A stretch of DNA of 59,587 nt, filler included, from Perkinsus olseni (lineage: Eukaryota), in the NCBI GenBank assembly GCA_013115125.1. It is 4 parts of 4 records of this genome, joined end to end, with 100 filler letters (N's around TTAATTAATTAA, not from the genome) between each part and the next. Parts side by side here need not be neighbours in the genome. Positions count along the whole stretch, not along the records: positions 14,958 to 29,774 come from JABANN010000721.1; 3 more parts are not named here. The stretch is one strand, 5' to 3'. Positions 14,958 through 28,193 of this stretch are shown here, in pieces. The position numbers and the translations under genes were made by a program. The notes below the pieces were generated by a model. That model was not told the origin of the DNA. It saw only the letters and a list, made by a program, of their open reading frames with translations, and did no database searches. Position 1 is the first letter of the stretch. Each line of letters starts with the position of its first letter.

Positions 14958-17900
14958 CGCCGCCGCCGCCGCCCTCCTTCTCCTCATCGTCTATTGAGTG
15001 GTCAGTAGTACTAGACAAGAGGGCTACTGGTGGCCGCAGTGGCCGAGCAGGCGCAACAGGCTTGAACGGCTGGAACTTCTCATCGAGATCCTCATCCTCC
15101 GGGCAACTGAAGGTGCTCACAGAGAGCTTCCCCCCACCACCAGTGCCCTCCCGCGATGTGGACGATGACATGCCCGCATCTTTCGCCGTGGTAACTGGAG
15201 AACCCTTGGGAGTACTTTTTGGTGTTACTAGGCGCGCAGGTGGTCGCACCTGAGAAGGCGGAAGTAGAGGCGACGTGGAAGGCGGCAACTCCCTACTGCG
15301 CTCGCAGGCGGATTGATGCAATCAATAAAGAGGAATCTTATAAGGCCGGCTATAGCCAACTCGTGACCATGATACAAGTCGACTTCAGGATCGTTCTGAC
15401 CTGAGGATCACCCGTACTTCATAGCCACCCTCGTTATCCAATTGACCTACTCAAAAACTGCTTCCTCGGCCGGTGGTCACCATCCCTGCTGCCGCTGCCA
15501 CCGCCCTCCGTAAGCGTTATGCCATTACACGAGAGACACTTCAATTTGAAGGCGTAGAGTCTACCGCCACCGCCCTCAGGACCCCGAGCCGCCGCTTCTC
15601 CCTGCTTGATCGCCCTTATCTGGAAATGCTCCCTCGATACAGCATTGTATTCCCCTTTCAATAACTGCCATAATAATTGAGGCTGCCGACTCCGACCAAC
15701 CAACAGAGGCACGTCCGTCGAGCGATGCTCAATTTCCACGCAGCTGCTGCTGCTGCCGCCGCTTGCACTCTTTTCACTGCGGACCTCAAGCACGCACACG
15801 CAGGCCTCCAGCTTCTCCTCTTTGATGCCTCCCTGTGGCTGCGTTGCGTCCTCGCGACCACTCTCAACCTCCGGACGAGACGCAGCCGTCGCCGCAGCCT
15901 CCGTAGTGATGATATCTTGCGCTGTTGAGGTTCGAGGGCCGACAAGAAGGCCCATCCGCCCCAGCCATGACTGGTTGAGGTCCACTCGGAAAGATAAGAA
16001 GGGCGTTGGCTCCTCCGAGGCCGTCGACCGGCTTCCTGTTCCCGGCTCTACCGCACCATGCACCGCTACAAAGGTTACAGTGTCGCCATCCTTCAACGGC
16101 CCAAACTTCTCTCCTTTGGTCAGCAGCCTCGTGTCATCCATGAATACAGAATTAACCGATAGGTTCGTCACGAAGACGCCAATAGCATCATCGCCGACCC
16201 TCTCAAAGGTGAACTCAAGGTGCTCCCTGGAGATCGTAGTCCTCAGAGTTGGTGAGCGGACCAAGGAGTCGAAGAGGGCCACTTGATGGTTCCGGCCAAG
16301 TCTCAGAGGAGGATACCTGGCAAGGCTGAATACTAACAGCATGGCTGCTGTTGTTGCTGTTGCTGATGCATTACTGTGCTGCTAGCCGGGTCTGCCGTGA
16401 ACAGGTTCCGGCGACCAGCTCAGCCGGGAGGTGGCGCCGATGGTACCAATTCATGAGGGCAGGAGGGCTCACAGCTGTCGATGGGACAGGTGTCGAAACC
16501 GAGGACGAGGACGAGGAAGGGCCGCTGTTGGGGTACTAAGAATGCAACTACATCCTCAGCTAGAGTGGCGTCCATTACCTCAGAGGTATCCCAGAGTGTA
16601 CAAGCGAGGGTCAGCAACGTGGCCACTCCCTCCCCAACGATGGCCTCGCCCTCAACGACCTTCTCTTCTTGGGCGGTGCTTACCGAGCTGCCAGTGGTAT
16701 GCAGGGGAGGGGGCTCTGGGGCGCTGTTCTGAGATGCCCCTCGCGGTGGAGGCGGCGGGGACTGTCGACATGCTTGCTGCTGCTGATGATGATGATCGCC
16801 TTGAGTCGAGGAGCCGTTGGTCAAAGGCCGGAAAGGTTGGGCTGGTGTGCTTGGCGAGAGAACTGATCGATGAGGAGAACTGCCATCATGAAAGCAGGAG
16901 CAACAGGGCACTACCTGACAGATTGGCTCCACCTCCGGCGTGATGTTGCTTAGGTTGGGACGGCAAGAATAGTCCTGGTTGTATAGAGAAGCCAGTGAAG
17001 GGCCCACTAGTACTGCCAAGCATGAGGGAGGGTGAGGGCTGTGGTGTGCCCCCCTCGGCTGCCACCAGCATCGACCGCAGCGACTTCACAACTTGGACGA
17101 AGGTCGGGCGACTCTGTTCATTCATAGAGGCACAATTAAGTGCAAGTTCGGCTAGCTGCTTGGCAACCGCTGGGGGATACCCCGCCCGAGGGTCCACCAT
17201 CGACAGGCACCTCATGAGGTCTCCATTGAGGTGATTGACCAGGTATAATATCTCCCCTGGCTTGGGGCCAGGACAGGCTGGAGGGGCGTTTAGGAGGAGC
17301 TCTAATAGTACCATCCCGAAGGAGTACACCTCTGACGCCTCAGTGACCACACCTCGCTGAATGTAGTACCTGCAGTAAAGGCCATCAGGGAAGGGCGGCA
17401 GCGGTGGTGTTGGGGGCCGTGTATTACGGACAAGCATAGCCAATGGTGCCGCTGGCCTGCTTCACTTTATGGGATTGACCATGGCTCAGACAGGCCAGAC
17501 CGAAGTCGGCCATCTTGGCCGTCGAGTTGCGGTCTAGTAATATGTTAGGCGACTTGATATCTCTGTGAAATACCTACACGAATAAGATGCCGAGCCCGAG
17601 GATCGGACCTGTGCCACTACTTTAGGGTTAGCATTATGAAGATGGCTAAGCCCGCATGCAGCATCCAATGCAATGGAGAGACGTTGTTGCCAGGGGAATG
17701 GTACTCCTAATGGAAGCCCTGCTGGTGCCCAAGAGCCTCCGTAGTGGACAGCCTACCTTCCCGAGCACACTTCTGGAGGCGGACGCTGACGTCCCCGCCA
17801 GAGAGACACTCGTAGACCAGCAACCGCTGACTACCGTTACGAGCGAACCCCATGAGGATTACCAAATTGGGATGACGGAATTTAGACAACACCCGCACCT

Positions 17901-18364
17901 GTAGTGATGGAAGGTCCGGTTAGACGACTGAGCACACGATGAGCATAGCTGTCTCACCTCGTCCTCGAAGCCTGCCTCGTTAGGTAGGTCCACCACTTTA
18001 ATAGCGACTTCCGTACCATCCTTGAGAGTCCCCTTATAGACACTACCATAACTGCCCGACCCTAGCTTGGCTGAATCTTCAAAGTTGTTGGTGGCCTCGG
18101 CCAACTCAGCGTACGAATACTCGAGAGAAATCTGATTCAGATTACCTAAAAAGGACAACAGAATCAGAGCGGTCGTCCTCGTCACTCCCTCCTCGCCCTA
18201 CTATCAGAGTGGTATCGCTTCCCCTGCCCTGTTGAGGTCCTCCCCGTTGCCGAGGAGGATGAGGAGGAGGAGGAGGAGGAGGAGGAGGTCTCGTCGACTG
18301 GTGTTTGCCCTTCGAGCTTTGGAGGGCTCTCTTGGACGGCTGGCAGGCTGTAGAAATGGTCCAT
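14958..18364 (-). CDS. RLK/Pelle(IRAK)-like Ser/Thr kinase with two C-terminal FHA domains; 3' end truncated by contig edge
   Basis: YSYAELAEATNNFEDSAKLGSGSYGSVYKGTLKDGTEVAIK, FRHPNLVILMG...LLVYE, WQQRLSIALDAACGLSHLH, HRDIKSPNILLD...ADFGLA, SEVYSFGMVLLELL. FHA1: LGRNH...ISREH...NLSVNSVF...LKDGDTV. FHA2: VGRSR...VSREH...LSCNGI...LYHGHEL. Confidence 0.9.
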
Positions 18365-18694
18365 TCAAGTGAGAGTAATGCCTCCTGGCTGAGGCAGACG
18401 TTTCAGGGCCAGTGTCCTGAATGCTGACCTATTCTGAATCTTGCACAGTCGCCCCAAAGATACGCGTACCCCTTCGTTTCCCGGACGCCCCGCATTCCTC
18501 ATTGCTTCTCCTCCCATCAGTACCCCGCTAGACCATACAAAGATGCGCAGTCCTCCTGAACACGCCCTTCGTCCGAAAGCTTAGAAACGTCGCCGTTTTA
18601 TGTTGAGGAAAAACGTCGCAAAAACGGAGTTATGCACACGCAGCATAATCGTCGTCCCACTTCGCAGCCGTCCATCCTTCGGTATCAGTCGAGA

Positions 18695-19765
18695 ATGATG
18701 TTACCCCCCTACAGCCAAGACTCCTCCTACTCCTCTCTCATGGAGTGAGCCGCCTCCCGAACTGCCATGAACCATCGGACAGGCCCATCCTCAGGTACCT
18801 TCGGCGGATGTTCCATAAAAAGCAGATGGATTTGGAGTACACATTCTCCCAGATGGTCTACCTATGCATCGCTCCCAGGAAGGTCTGTCAGCTTACTATA
18901 TACAGGTAGTAGTAGCCACTGTTCTCCTGAGGGGCTGCTTGTACACTGCTGCTTCTCCCACAGGCATCAGACCAAGGGACGGTGGTCTCGAGACGACCCA
19001 GCATTCGTCGTCATACAGGTGCTACAGGCTTCTTGGCAGTCCAAGGCGCGGTTGGTAGGTCGCAGTTGGGCTCAGGTGCTCTTCCTTGCTGTGTCCGGCA
19101 TAGCGTATGGTGTGTGTTTTTCCCACACTTTCCTGCAAGTGCTGAGGGTTTTTCTTATCGGCATTGTTGTGCACTTCCTGTTGTTGGGCTCTCTAGTGGC
19201 GGCTGTATGCAACTTTATAGCCAACCGTCATCTCAGAGTAAGGACATTCCAAGGCTTGGATCAGGTAGTAGGGAGAGCAAAGAGAAGAATAGCCACCCCA
19301 TCCGCCTCGTGGTGTCCCAATGCCCTTGTGTACTCGAATGGTAACCAATCCCTACTTCAGAGGGTCCCTTTCCTCTACAGCTTCGATGTGCACTGCAACG
19401 CCTTCTTCCCCACCTTCCTGCTACTGTAAGCCGCAACAATCACTACATCTCCTACTCTCCCCTCAGGTATGTGGTGCAGTATTTCCTCTTCCCGCTATTA
19501 TTATCGGATCGAGTGGTATCCTGCATCTTTGGCAACGCCCTCTGCAGTATAGCGTTGATGTATTATTGTTATATAACATGTCTGGGTTATTCAACACTCC
19601 CCTTCATCCGCAATGCCCAAGTCTTCCTCTACCCAGCAATAGTTGGACTGGTAATATCCGAGTCCGAGTGGCCGTGTCACCCCCCCCCTTCAGGTCATTG
19701 CGGTGGTGTTCACGGTTACGCGGACCAACTTGAGCGTTAAATTCTTCCACATTCTGGGGGTGTAG
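18695..19765 (+). CDS. UNC50: UNC-50/GMH1 family Golgi membrane protein, multi-exon
   Basis: YLRRMFHKKQMDLEYTFSQMVYLCIAPRK, HQTKGRWSRDDPAFVV, YSFDVHCNAFFP, YYCYITCLGYSTLPF. Confidence 0.93.
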
Positions 19766-19875
19766 GGTTTCCTCATATGCTATCATTCGTTACTATAACT
19801 GTATCCTTCTTGCTGGTCATCGGAAGCTCGTGTTCGGAAGGGCTTACTGAGGCTGCTGGGGGTATTCAGTTCATC

Positions 19876-21252
19876 ATGTTATTTCTAAGTCCTCCCCATT
19901 TCAACAACAATCGTTTTGGAGGCTCTCTAGCAAAGGTACCTCTCCCCTGTTGTCCTTCCGAAGGGTGACCCTCCTTTCTCAGCGATGGCTGGATGTGCGC
20001 ATGCACGACATGTACGTCCGACGAGCCCAGCGGGATATGTATCGGAGTAGAGCAGCTTATAAGCTCCTCCAGCTAGATGACAGATTCTCAATATTCCGGT
20101 AAGTTTACTATGACGTGGGCAGTGCGAGGATCGGAGTTTCTCTCAATTTCATACGAAAATGTTGGAATCCTGTTCACTAACCGTATATGCATGTACCAAT
20201 AGGCCCCTCCGAGGTTCCCTCTGAATTATAAAGGTTGGGGTATTGTTATCAATGATGGCGCGGCACAGTGTGTAGTACACTCAGGAAGAACCAGCGAGTA
20301 GTTGACCTTGGATGTTACTCGGGCGGGTGGTCCCAAGTAGCGCTGAAGAGGACAAGGGTGGGCGAGTCTGATAGTGTGGTAATTGGAGTGGACAAGGTCC
20401 GGATGGATGCCCTACAACTGCATACCTTCGTACAAGGGGATGTGAGTGCAACCTTCTTCCAGCACAGCCCCACCCTCAACTCCTCAGATCACCGAGCCGT
20501 CTACTATAGACGCTGTGAAGAGGGCACTGGGCGAGAATAAGAAGGCGCATGTCCTTCTCAGTGATATGGCACCAAATGTCACTGGCAGGAGGACCGATGA
20601 CCACCTGGAAATCACCGAGCTGAATATGAAGGTTGGATATACTCTCGGTCAATTCCACCGCGATACGTTACGGTTTCACAGACACTTGATGTGATGGAGA
20701 GCATTCTGGGTGTCAAAGGCTGGCTGGTTATGAAAACCTTCTTCGGGCCAGAAACACAAAAATTGAGGACATTTTTGGAGTCGCGTTTCTACAAAGTACA
20801 GCCATCTTCTCTGGACTCCACAGGACAGGTGGTCTCCGCAGGTTCGTGCATCTAGGCCGCACGCTACACGTCCGGAGTCGAGGGAGGTAGTATGGGGGAC
20901 TCTCATAGTGGTGGTTGTGGATTCATCAAACGGTGGGCGGGAGTGGCCCTGCAGGTTTATCTGATCGCCAGCGGGTATCGCGGTAGGGGAGTGTCAATAG
21001 CCTCCGAAGTGAATGAGCGTGCCCGTGTCCGGAAAGAAGGATGGGAGCTCGAGCAGCCACCGAAGGTCATTTACTTATCCGCCGCTGTGTCTTGGTCACA
21101 CAGACTTCGTACAGGTGAGAATACCGCAGAATGAGGCCGGTGCCATACGGCAGGAGGAAGAGCTCGAGAGACGGGCTAAAACATCTGCCGGTGTTATGCC
21201 CGAAGAAGTCAGTAGTCGGCCACGCCGCATGCCCCGCGTCAAGAAGCGATGA
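19876..21252 (+). CDS. MRM2: RlmE/FtsJ-family rRNA 2'-O-methyltransferase (MRM2-like), multi-exon
   Basis: RWLDVRMHDMYVRRAQRDMYRSRAAYKLLQLDDRF, VVDLGCYSGGWSQVA, VLLSDMAPNVTG, LVMKTF, SRPHATRPESREVY; the K-D-K-E tetrad is present. Confidence 0.9.
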
Positions 21253-21481
21253 TTTGCATGTTTCTGCATTCTCAAGTTTCCGTCTTTAGCAACCTGAATT
21301 TCGTTGAGTGAGTTACTCGTCTCAGCGCGATCTTCGAAGCCCCCCCCGGATTGGAATTTCCCCCAATAATATTCCTCCTCTAGCAGCGCAACGTTGTGCG
21401 TCATCTGGTCAGAGGTGTGGCTGTTGCTCCTCGACATCCTTACATCTTATACATGTGGGATCGCGATCATTAACGTAAAAA

Positions 21482-21554
21482 CGATCTCGGCGGGACTCGA
21501 ACCCACAATCTTTGGTTCCGAAGACCAACGCCTTATCCATTAGGCCACGAGACC
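21482..21554 (-). tRNA. tRNA-Arg(TCG)
   Basis: GGTCTCGTGGCCTAATGGATAAGGCGTTGGTCTTCGGAACCAAAGATTGTGGGTTCGAGTCCCGCCGAGATCG folds into a full cloverleaf with anticodon TCG. Confidence 0.96.
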
Positions 21555-21612
21555 TCTGAAATGTGCCGTCTCTAACCCATCTACACTTCGCGCAACATGG
21601 ACGACAGGCAAT

Positions 21613-23557
21613 TTACTCTTCACTGTTCATGTCTTTTCTCACCCACAGCTTCTCATCTAGCACCTTGAAGAGATCGCAAAACTCATGCTGCTCATCGAGA
21701 AGTTGTCGAACCTGAACCCCTGCCGGTCGCTGCGTGCTGCTCCACAGTACCTCTGCGACATGGGCAATGCAATCACTAACTCACTTGTCGGAGTGTGAGG
21801 TCTTCGGCGTCTTTCACTTGCGCCGCGATCCCGGGTTTCCTGTCTCTCAAAAGAGGTCGGATGTCCCGATCGAGGACGATGCCCCAGTCCAAACAGATAT
21901 CCGGTCCCGAGTCAGGATATGGGAACCTGCATGGGAAGATGAAGGAGCCTTGTGAACACCCCCCCCACCCTTTCTGTTCAAGAGCAGCTTTGCATTCCAA
22001 GCGATACTCGTCAGCTTCTCGACCCGGTGTCAGGCCGGCTATGCTGGTGTGTGATACACCAGTGATGAATGTTGCTGCAGAGGTGAGCATTGTGAAGTAG
22101 TAACCATCTTCACCCGAGGATAGACGTTGAGGGGGCCTGAGGTCCCGCTCAGATACAGCGTTGATTGGATACTGACCTGAAGGCTTGTATGAAGTTGATG
22201 TTGCTCCTTAGACGGGAAGGCCTGGCCTTTATGAGCACCCATATTAGTGTGGGTAGGATGTCATCAGCGGACCCCCCATCGCTTGATTCTAGTGTACGGG
22301 TGATAACTCGACAGGCGTTGAGCAAACAGACGAGCTTGTCTCGTGGGGCGCGATACTTGGACTGTGAGATAGAGCGGAGCGAAGCACGATCACCGCTGTA
22401 CTAGCTACCATGAGGCCGAGCTGTTTGACCGCCATCTCGAGGTCCTTCTCCTCAATACTGGGCCCTTCGAGATGGCGAGTGAGGGACAACCAAGAGAGGG
22501 CAGCGAGCTTCCTATCCAGGGCTGCATCGGCCTGGGCGTAAAGAGTCCGTTCAGCCTGGCTTTCCGTCAGTCCTCACATCCCGGTCTCGAGGGTCCATAT
22601 CGAACAGCAGACGGCGAGGCTCTTGAGCTGCCTTGTTCTCATCAGTGGTGACCGGGGCATCCATCTCCAAGATAACGAACTTCTCCAACGCTTCACAAGC
22701 ATCACGCCTTCTGTCCGGCCCTGCCTTGTCCAGAGGCGGCAGGGAGAGAAGCCCGCTCTAGCAGGAGCAACTGGCACACTCGAATGAGGAGTTAGGAGCA
22801 CCTCCAGGGAGACTAGGAATTTGTGTAGCATGCGACTGGCTCGCTGCCTCGACAGCCCTCCTTCCGCGGGCCACTTCTGTTTGAGAGAGGCAACCCTCTC
22901 GAACCTGTAGGAATGATGGGCAGGTATGAGGGCTAGTCATCCCTACACTAACTTGCGTCCGAGTGCAGGATGATCGTGTAGTAACTCAAGGAAGGCCTTG
23001 AACCCCAGAGGATCTGACCATCACCAGGTCGCCGGCAGGATCAATATGATCCTAGACGCCGGTCAACAGCTAGACTCCGACTAATATCACTGATCCGCGA
23101 CTCTCCACGCAAAGTAGTGTCACCGATAATTATCACCATTATTGATCGTTTCTTCCTCTGCTTCCTTGATCCCTACCGGCCCTCCCTCATCGCTTCTCCT
23201 CCTCCTTATCCAGGCCACAGGTTGCTGTACTCTACCCAACACACCACTGAGTATCCCTCTACCCGACCCCCCATCCCTCTCCGGTGATGCTGCATCATCT
23301 ACAGCAGTGACGGTAGGGCTGGTGATGACAGTGAGGTCCACTATCCTAGGGCCCTGAGGGTCGACAGTCTCCTCAGTAGTGCTGCCCCTGCCGTCCTTGA
23401 CCGCAACAGGAGAGTCTTCGATCAGAACATCACCATCGTCTTCGTCGTCGTCCTCCTCATCATCATCAGCCAGTATGGCGTCCACCTTAGAGATTGCGTT
23501 TGTTGGTATTATCGGATGCTCTTCGAGTGACGATGAAGACGAGGACGATAGAGTCAT
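21613..23557 (-). CDS. VPS9: VPS9-domain Rab5 guanine-nucleotide exchange factor, multi-exon
   Basis: APRDKLVCLLNACRVI...SADDILPTLIWVLIKARPSRLRSNINFIQAF...GEDGYYFTMLTSAATFI matches the VPS9 signature. The N-terminus is acidic and low-complexity. Confidence 0.85.
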
Positions 23558-23688
23558 CACTCAGTGCAGTCAGCTACGACGCAGCGGTGATGATGTCCCA
23601 TTGACGACGACGCTACACAAAAGCCAGTCCATCACGCAGAAAAGTATTTAGGGATCGGCTGGGACCACGGAAACGGATAGTATTCTGA

Positions 23689-26056
23689 TTAGAAGTCGAG
23701 CTCGTCATCATCATCCAAGTCAGAGCCATCAAGGTCCAATAGTTGAGCCAACTCATCCGCGTCATTACTGGCATTGTTGTTACCCCCGAGCTGAAGAAGA
23801 ACAGTGCGTAGTCGAAAGGTCCCCGGTTCGATTCCGGCCGCCTCACCATGGAAGTATCAGCGTACTGCATAGCCTTGACAGTTTCTGTATGGAGTTGTAA
23901 GCAGAAGGCTATACGCTTGTGCAAATGGCGTTGAGGGCTCGAGCCCGAGTACCCATCCGTACTCCACGATGACTGCATGAAACTAAAGGGAGCCGATCCC
24001 ATCGCTTCTCATCATCAGAGCACACCTACTCTCCATCATCATCAATGGTAGCATCAATAACACCATCAGCAATAGCCTTGCTGACCACCCCAGCGGCCTC
24101 CTCGCGGCTGTTCAGTCCCAACTTCTGCATCACTTCCTCCTGACATCACAAGTACCATACCCACAGCCCAGTACCGCTCAGGCTCACCATCGGGACCTTG
24201 CTGTAGCTCAGGTTGATACCGCGCAGGCCCGCTTTGATGACGTTGTGATGGAGACGGCCGATCAAGCTGAGAGTGCCATCCCTACGGAACTCACTGCAGT
24301 GGGCCTCGACAATGCTCTCGAAGTCATTAACAGATCCCCTGCATCAAAGAGCATGGCTACAGTCCTCCCGCGTTCTCGACTATTACTTCCTCACTGCACC
24401 AGATATGTCGTAGTAGAGCTTGAGAGGCTTCTGGAGGTCCGATTGAGCGAACACCGACCTATCGGGTATCTCACCCATCAGGAGCTCAACGATGATAGCG
24501 AACTTGTAGGCCTAACAAAAATACCGAGACAATGCCCCTCCTCTGGGGGTAAGTCCTCGACAGCGGTGGCGATAATATTGGGGTCTTAGTATTGCTCATA
24601 AGACAGGGTTATTACCGATATCCTGAAGCCTCGACCAACTTCACCCTGGGGACTCTTCCTAATGGCCTGGGTGAGTCTACTGTAAGCATCAGAGTACTCC
24701 AATTGCACCGCCTTCAGTCGCCCTGATACGCAACAACTCGACCAACCTAAGATACTGCTACTACTACCGATGTAGTAGAGATACTTAGCAAACTCAGCGT
24801 TGGTCCTAGTGTCAGGGAACTGCGTCTTCGAGTAGAGCTTGTTGGCCAAATCGTACTCGCTGTAATAAAGGTAATTCCTGCGAATAAAACCAGGTACTAT
24901 CATAACCCGGCCTCCTTCGACCTCTGACCTCAAGAGCAGGTTGAGAAGAGTAGCCTGGGATATCCTATCCTGCTTCAAGACTGATGTTCTGTATGATCGA
25001 TACAGCAGTCTGAGAGATAGTAAGGTGCTAACACTGGCGGCCAGGACCGGTAATGAACACGCAAGCCCCCCCCCTCCCCATCCTTACGGTCGGATGCTCC
25101 TCAGTGTCCCCTCCCTCTCGTGCAGCAATGAGTAGTAAAACAACCCCTTGGCACTGAAGCAATACCATCATCGATATTGGCATGAGCATAGAGCCCCCTT
25201 ACTTGATGGCGTCGAGACTCCTCTGATTGAGCTTCTGTAGCCTGTCCACTAGCTCACGCGCCACCTCTGTCAACTTCAATGAGCTCAGGTCCAAGTTCCT
25301 CTCATTGTCCATCAACCATATAAGTATCATAAGTCTTATGTAGGCCTGAGAGGGGGCAAAGGATGAACCGCCGAAAACAGCGACGACGTCAACTTACTCC
25401 GCCACCGGGAAGCTCGGCCTCGGTAAGATTAGAAGGCACGCTGCTCGGTAGGGCCTCGGCTGGAGCCACCTGACCAATGCCCCAGATGAAAAACACGCGA
25501 AAGTTCTACTCCCACAACCCTCGCAGCTACAGTCGACTTTTCAACAGCGGAGAGCCTTAACATAAGAACTACCTGTGCTTGAGGACTCTTGTCATCTTGC
25601 TTTTCCTCAACGTCTACCATCTCGACCTCCTGCTGAGCTCTCTTAGCCTCTTGCTCCAATACCTTTCTCCAGGCATCCTCCACTTTAGATGCTGATGGTA
25701 GCAGAATCATCCGAGTAAGGTACTCCAGGGACACCGCGTCCACACGCCTGACGATAACGTTGCCGATAACCCTAGCCCTCCCGCCCAAACTAGGGCCCTC
25801 TCCCTCGGTTGCTACCTCCTTGCCTGAGGGAGGCCCCTGATAACCCTATTGACACCTCTATAATCCTTAGAAGCCACTGACTGTGCTATAAGGCGGAGCG
25901 ACGACAGCTCGGCTTCGACCTAATTATGATAATCACGACCATTGAGGTCGAGTGAACTCTTACAGCGACAACACTTGGATGCTTTGCCGGAGTAGCTACT
26001 TCCTCCTCGGGGGCCTCTGGAGACTTCTTCGACTTCGACGCAGTATCGGCAGTCAT
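23689..26056 (-). CDS. RPN3: 26S proteasome lid subunit RPN3/PSMD3, multi-exon
   Basis: QATLLNLLLR|NYLYYSEYDLANKL...EFAKYLYYIG|RLKAVQLEYSDAY...AIRKSPQ, IIVELLMGEIPDR, RLHHNVIKAGLRGINLSYSK, HKRIAFCLQLHTETVKAMQY. Confidence 0.95.
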
Positions 26057-26219
26057 GTTTGAAATAATAACAAAAGACAGGACAAAGGGAGCGACTACCA
26101 ACCTCATACTCGCCCGAACTCCTATCGAGAGACCCTCCGCCCTATCTACTCGAGGCAGCAGCGTGCAGCAGATACGTTGGTAAGTAGCAGCAGCAGTAGT
26201 GAACCGAGTGGTTGGGGAC

Positions 26220-28087
26220 TCAGGCAAGCTGGTCAACCATTGTCTTCCAATCATCATACTTAACGCAGTACAATAGCCTCTTACGTGCCAGCATCTTCCT
26301 GGTCTCAGGGTCTGTACCATCTCCTTGAGGGAAGGGCCATGATACTTGCCACAGGGCATGATCCACGAACACCTACACCGCTACAGGATAACACCACCTT
26401 TACTACGAACCACCGCCGGAGCTACCCCCTTCAGCACGCGGAAATAAGTTTCTGTAATTCGGCGAAAGAAGTCCTCTATACTACTCCCTAGTCCCCAGTA
26501 GCTACAACTAGTGTCAGGTACCGAGGTCCCCGTCTACCACCGCGACAGAGGGCACGCCCGCGTGTAGTACTTCATCCTCAAAACAGATGTACCGTCTCTC
26601 CTTCTTCTCCATCTCCAGACGAGCCTTCTTCCTCTTAGCAGCCTTCATCTTCTTCCCTCCCGGCATGGCCTTGGAGGGAACCGCTGACGGATCCACATAG
26701 TAGGACGTTAGGAACTGAACACCAGAAGTGACGTCCAGAGGACTCGCAGCCTTCACGAAAGCACAGGAGCAATTACTCCGCTAAAGAAGAGACCTCAGGT
26801 CACTAATCAACACGTCCTCTATGGTACAATACAGTCCTCAAAGTCAGTCTTCCATACGCCTCCTGCCGATGATGAAAACATCGACGGGCCAGTTGTTGCC
26901 AAGGTCTATAACTCTGTATCCGTTACCCCATCGAGAGATGGAACCCACTTGGCATGAGCGAGCACATGTGAACCCGTATGAGCCAGAAGGGCTATGCCGC
27001 GTACACAGGCCGGTAACATCTGCCAGGCTTACACAGGTCCAACCAAGCTCATGACGAGAGCTAAAGATACTCCACTATGGCCCCCATGGTCCCCCACATT
27101 ACCAGCAAGTGCGTGAACTTATAATACTTCCTCTCTTCCGCAGGGCAATGTGCCTCTTCCGACAGACTCCATGCCACATCATCCTTGAGCACTCTATGTA
27201 TACCCGGTACCAGCTCCGACGGCAAGTTGATCATCCTGAGCATACCCTAACCCATACCGTGACCACTTGTCTCCCACCTCTCATTAAGCATGATGCCACA
27301 GCAGCTTCCTCCGCTGCCTCCAGTAGGAGATACCATCTTATTCTGAGGACATGATACAGTACTGCATAGAGACAGCAACCGCTACGCTGCCTACGAAGGC
27401 TTCCTTCGTCTCATCGGAGTCAGCGTGTTTATCCACTTGCTTCTTGAGATGATTGATGAGCTCCCTCATGCCCGGTACCTCCTTCGAGTACTGTACCTAG
27501 TCCAGTTTGTATCGATGGCTGAGCAGTCCCAAGAAAACCTCAAGAGCGTCAAGCACGAGCGAATAGACGTGGCGATCACTCCAGTAGCATCTCATCCCGT
27601 AAAAGCGTGGGCAAGCCTACTGGATTAAGGATGGTGGCAACCGCACAGAAGGCGTCATCACCACCACTATCGCCCTTGCCCTTCTTATCATCTTCACCGG
27701 ACTTGATAATGGTGCCGATATTCTGTTGGTCTGAGAGCACCCCGAACACTCCCACCCTCTGGGAGCCACCACAGCCGTTACCAATGATGCACTGGGCAAG
27801 GCTGCCGATGTCATACTCCTTGCCGTCCAGTAGCCTAGTGATCATCATCCTCACGCCATGGAAGTCATCATCGGTCATATCCTCGAAACGGAAGGCTGCC
27901 TCGAAAGCATCCTCTGAGGACTGAAGCGATGAAAAAGGGCATGCATAACACCAGCATACTCCACCCATATTACAGCATCAACGTGCCCGCCATCGCTAAG
28001 GGAACTGCTACTGCTGCTGTCAATGGACGACGCCGAGCCCTTCCGAGGGGCTGCAGACGGATGGCTGCGCTTCTTGTTCATTGGCAT
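26220..28087 (-). CDS. BCP1: BCP1/BCCIP family protein, multi-exon
   Basis: EAAFRFEDMTDDDFHGVRMMITRLL...QQNIGTIIKS, RMINLPSELVPGIHRVL...YYKFTHLL, YICFEDEVL. Confidence 0.88.
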
Positions 28088-28193
28088 CGGAAGAGGCTCC
28101 TGGTTCAACCCTAGCACCCGGCATTTTATACCATAGGACATTCTCAAGCACTCAACAAAACACGAGCCCTCCGGTGAAAATGAACGAACAACG

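Noticed and set aside
21096..21437. 113-aa minus-strand ORF next to tRNA-Arg
   Set aside because: Overlaps the MRM2 last exon in antisense and has no recognisable motif.
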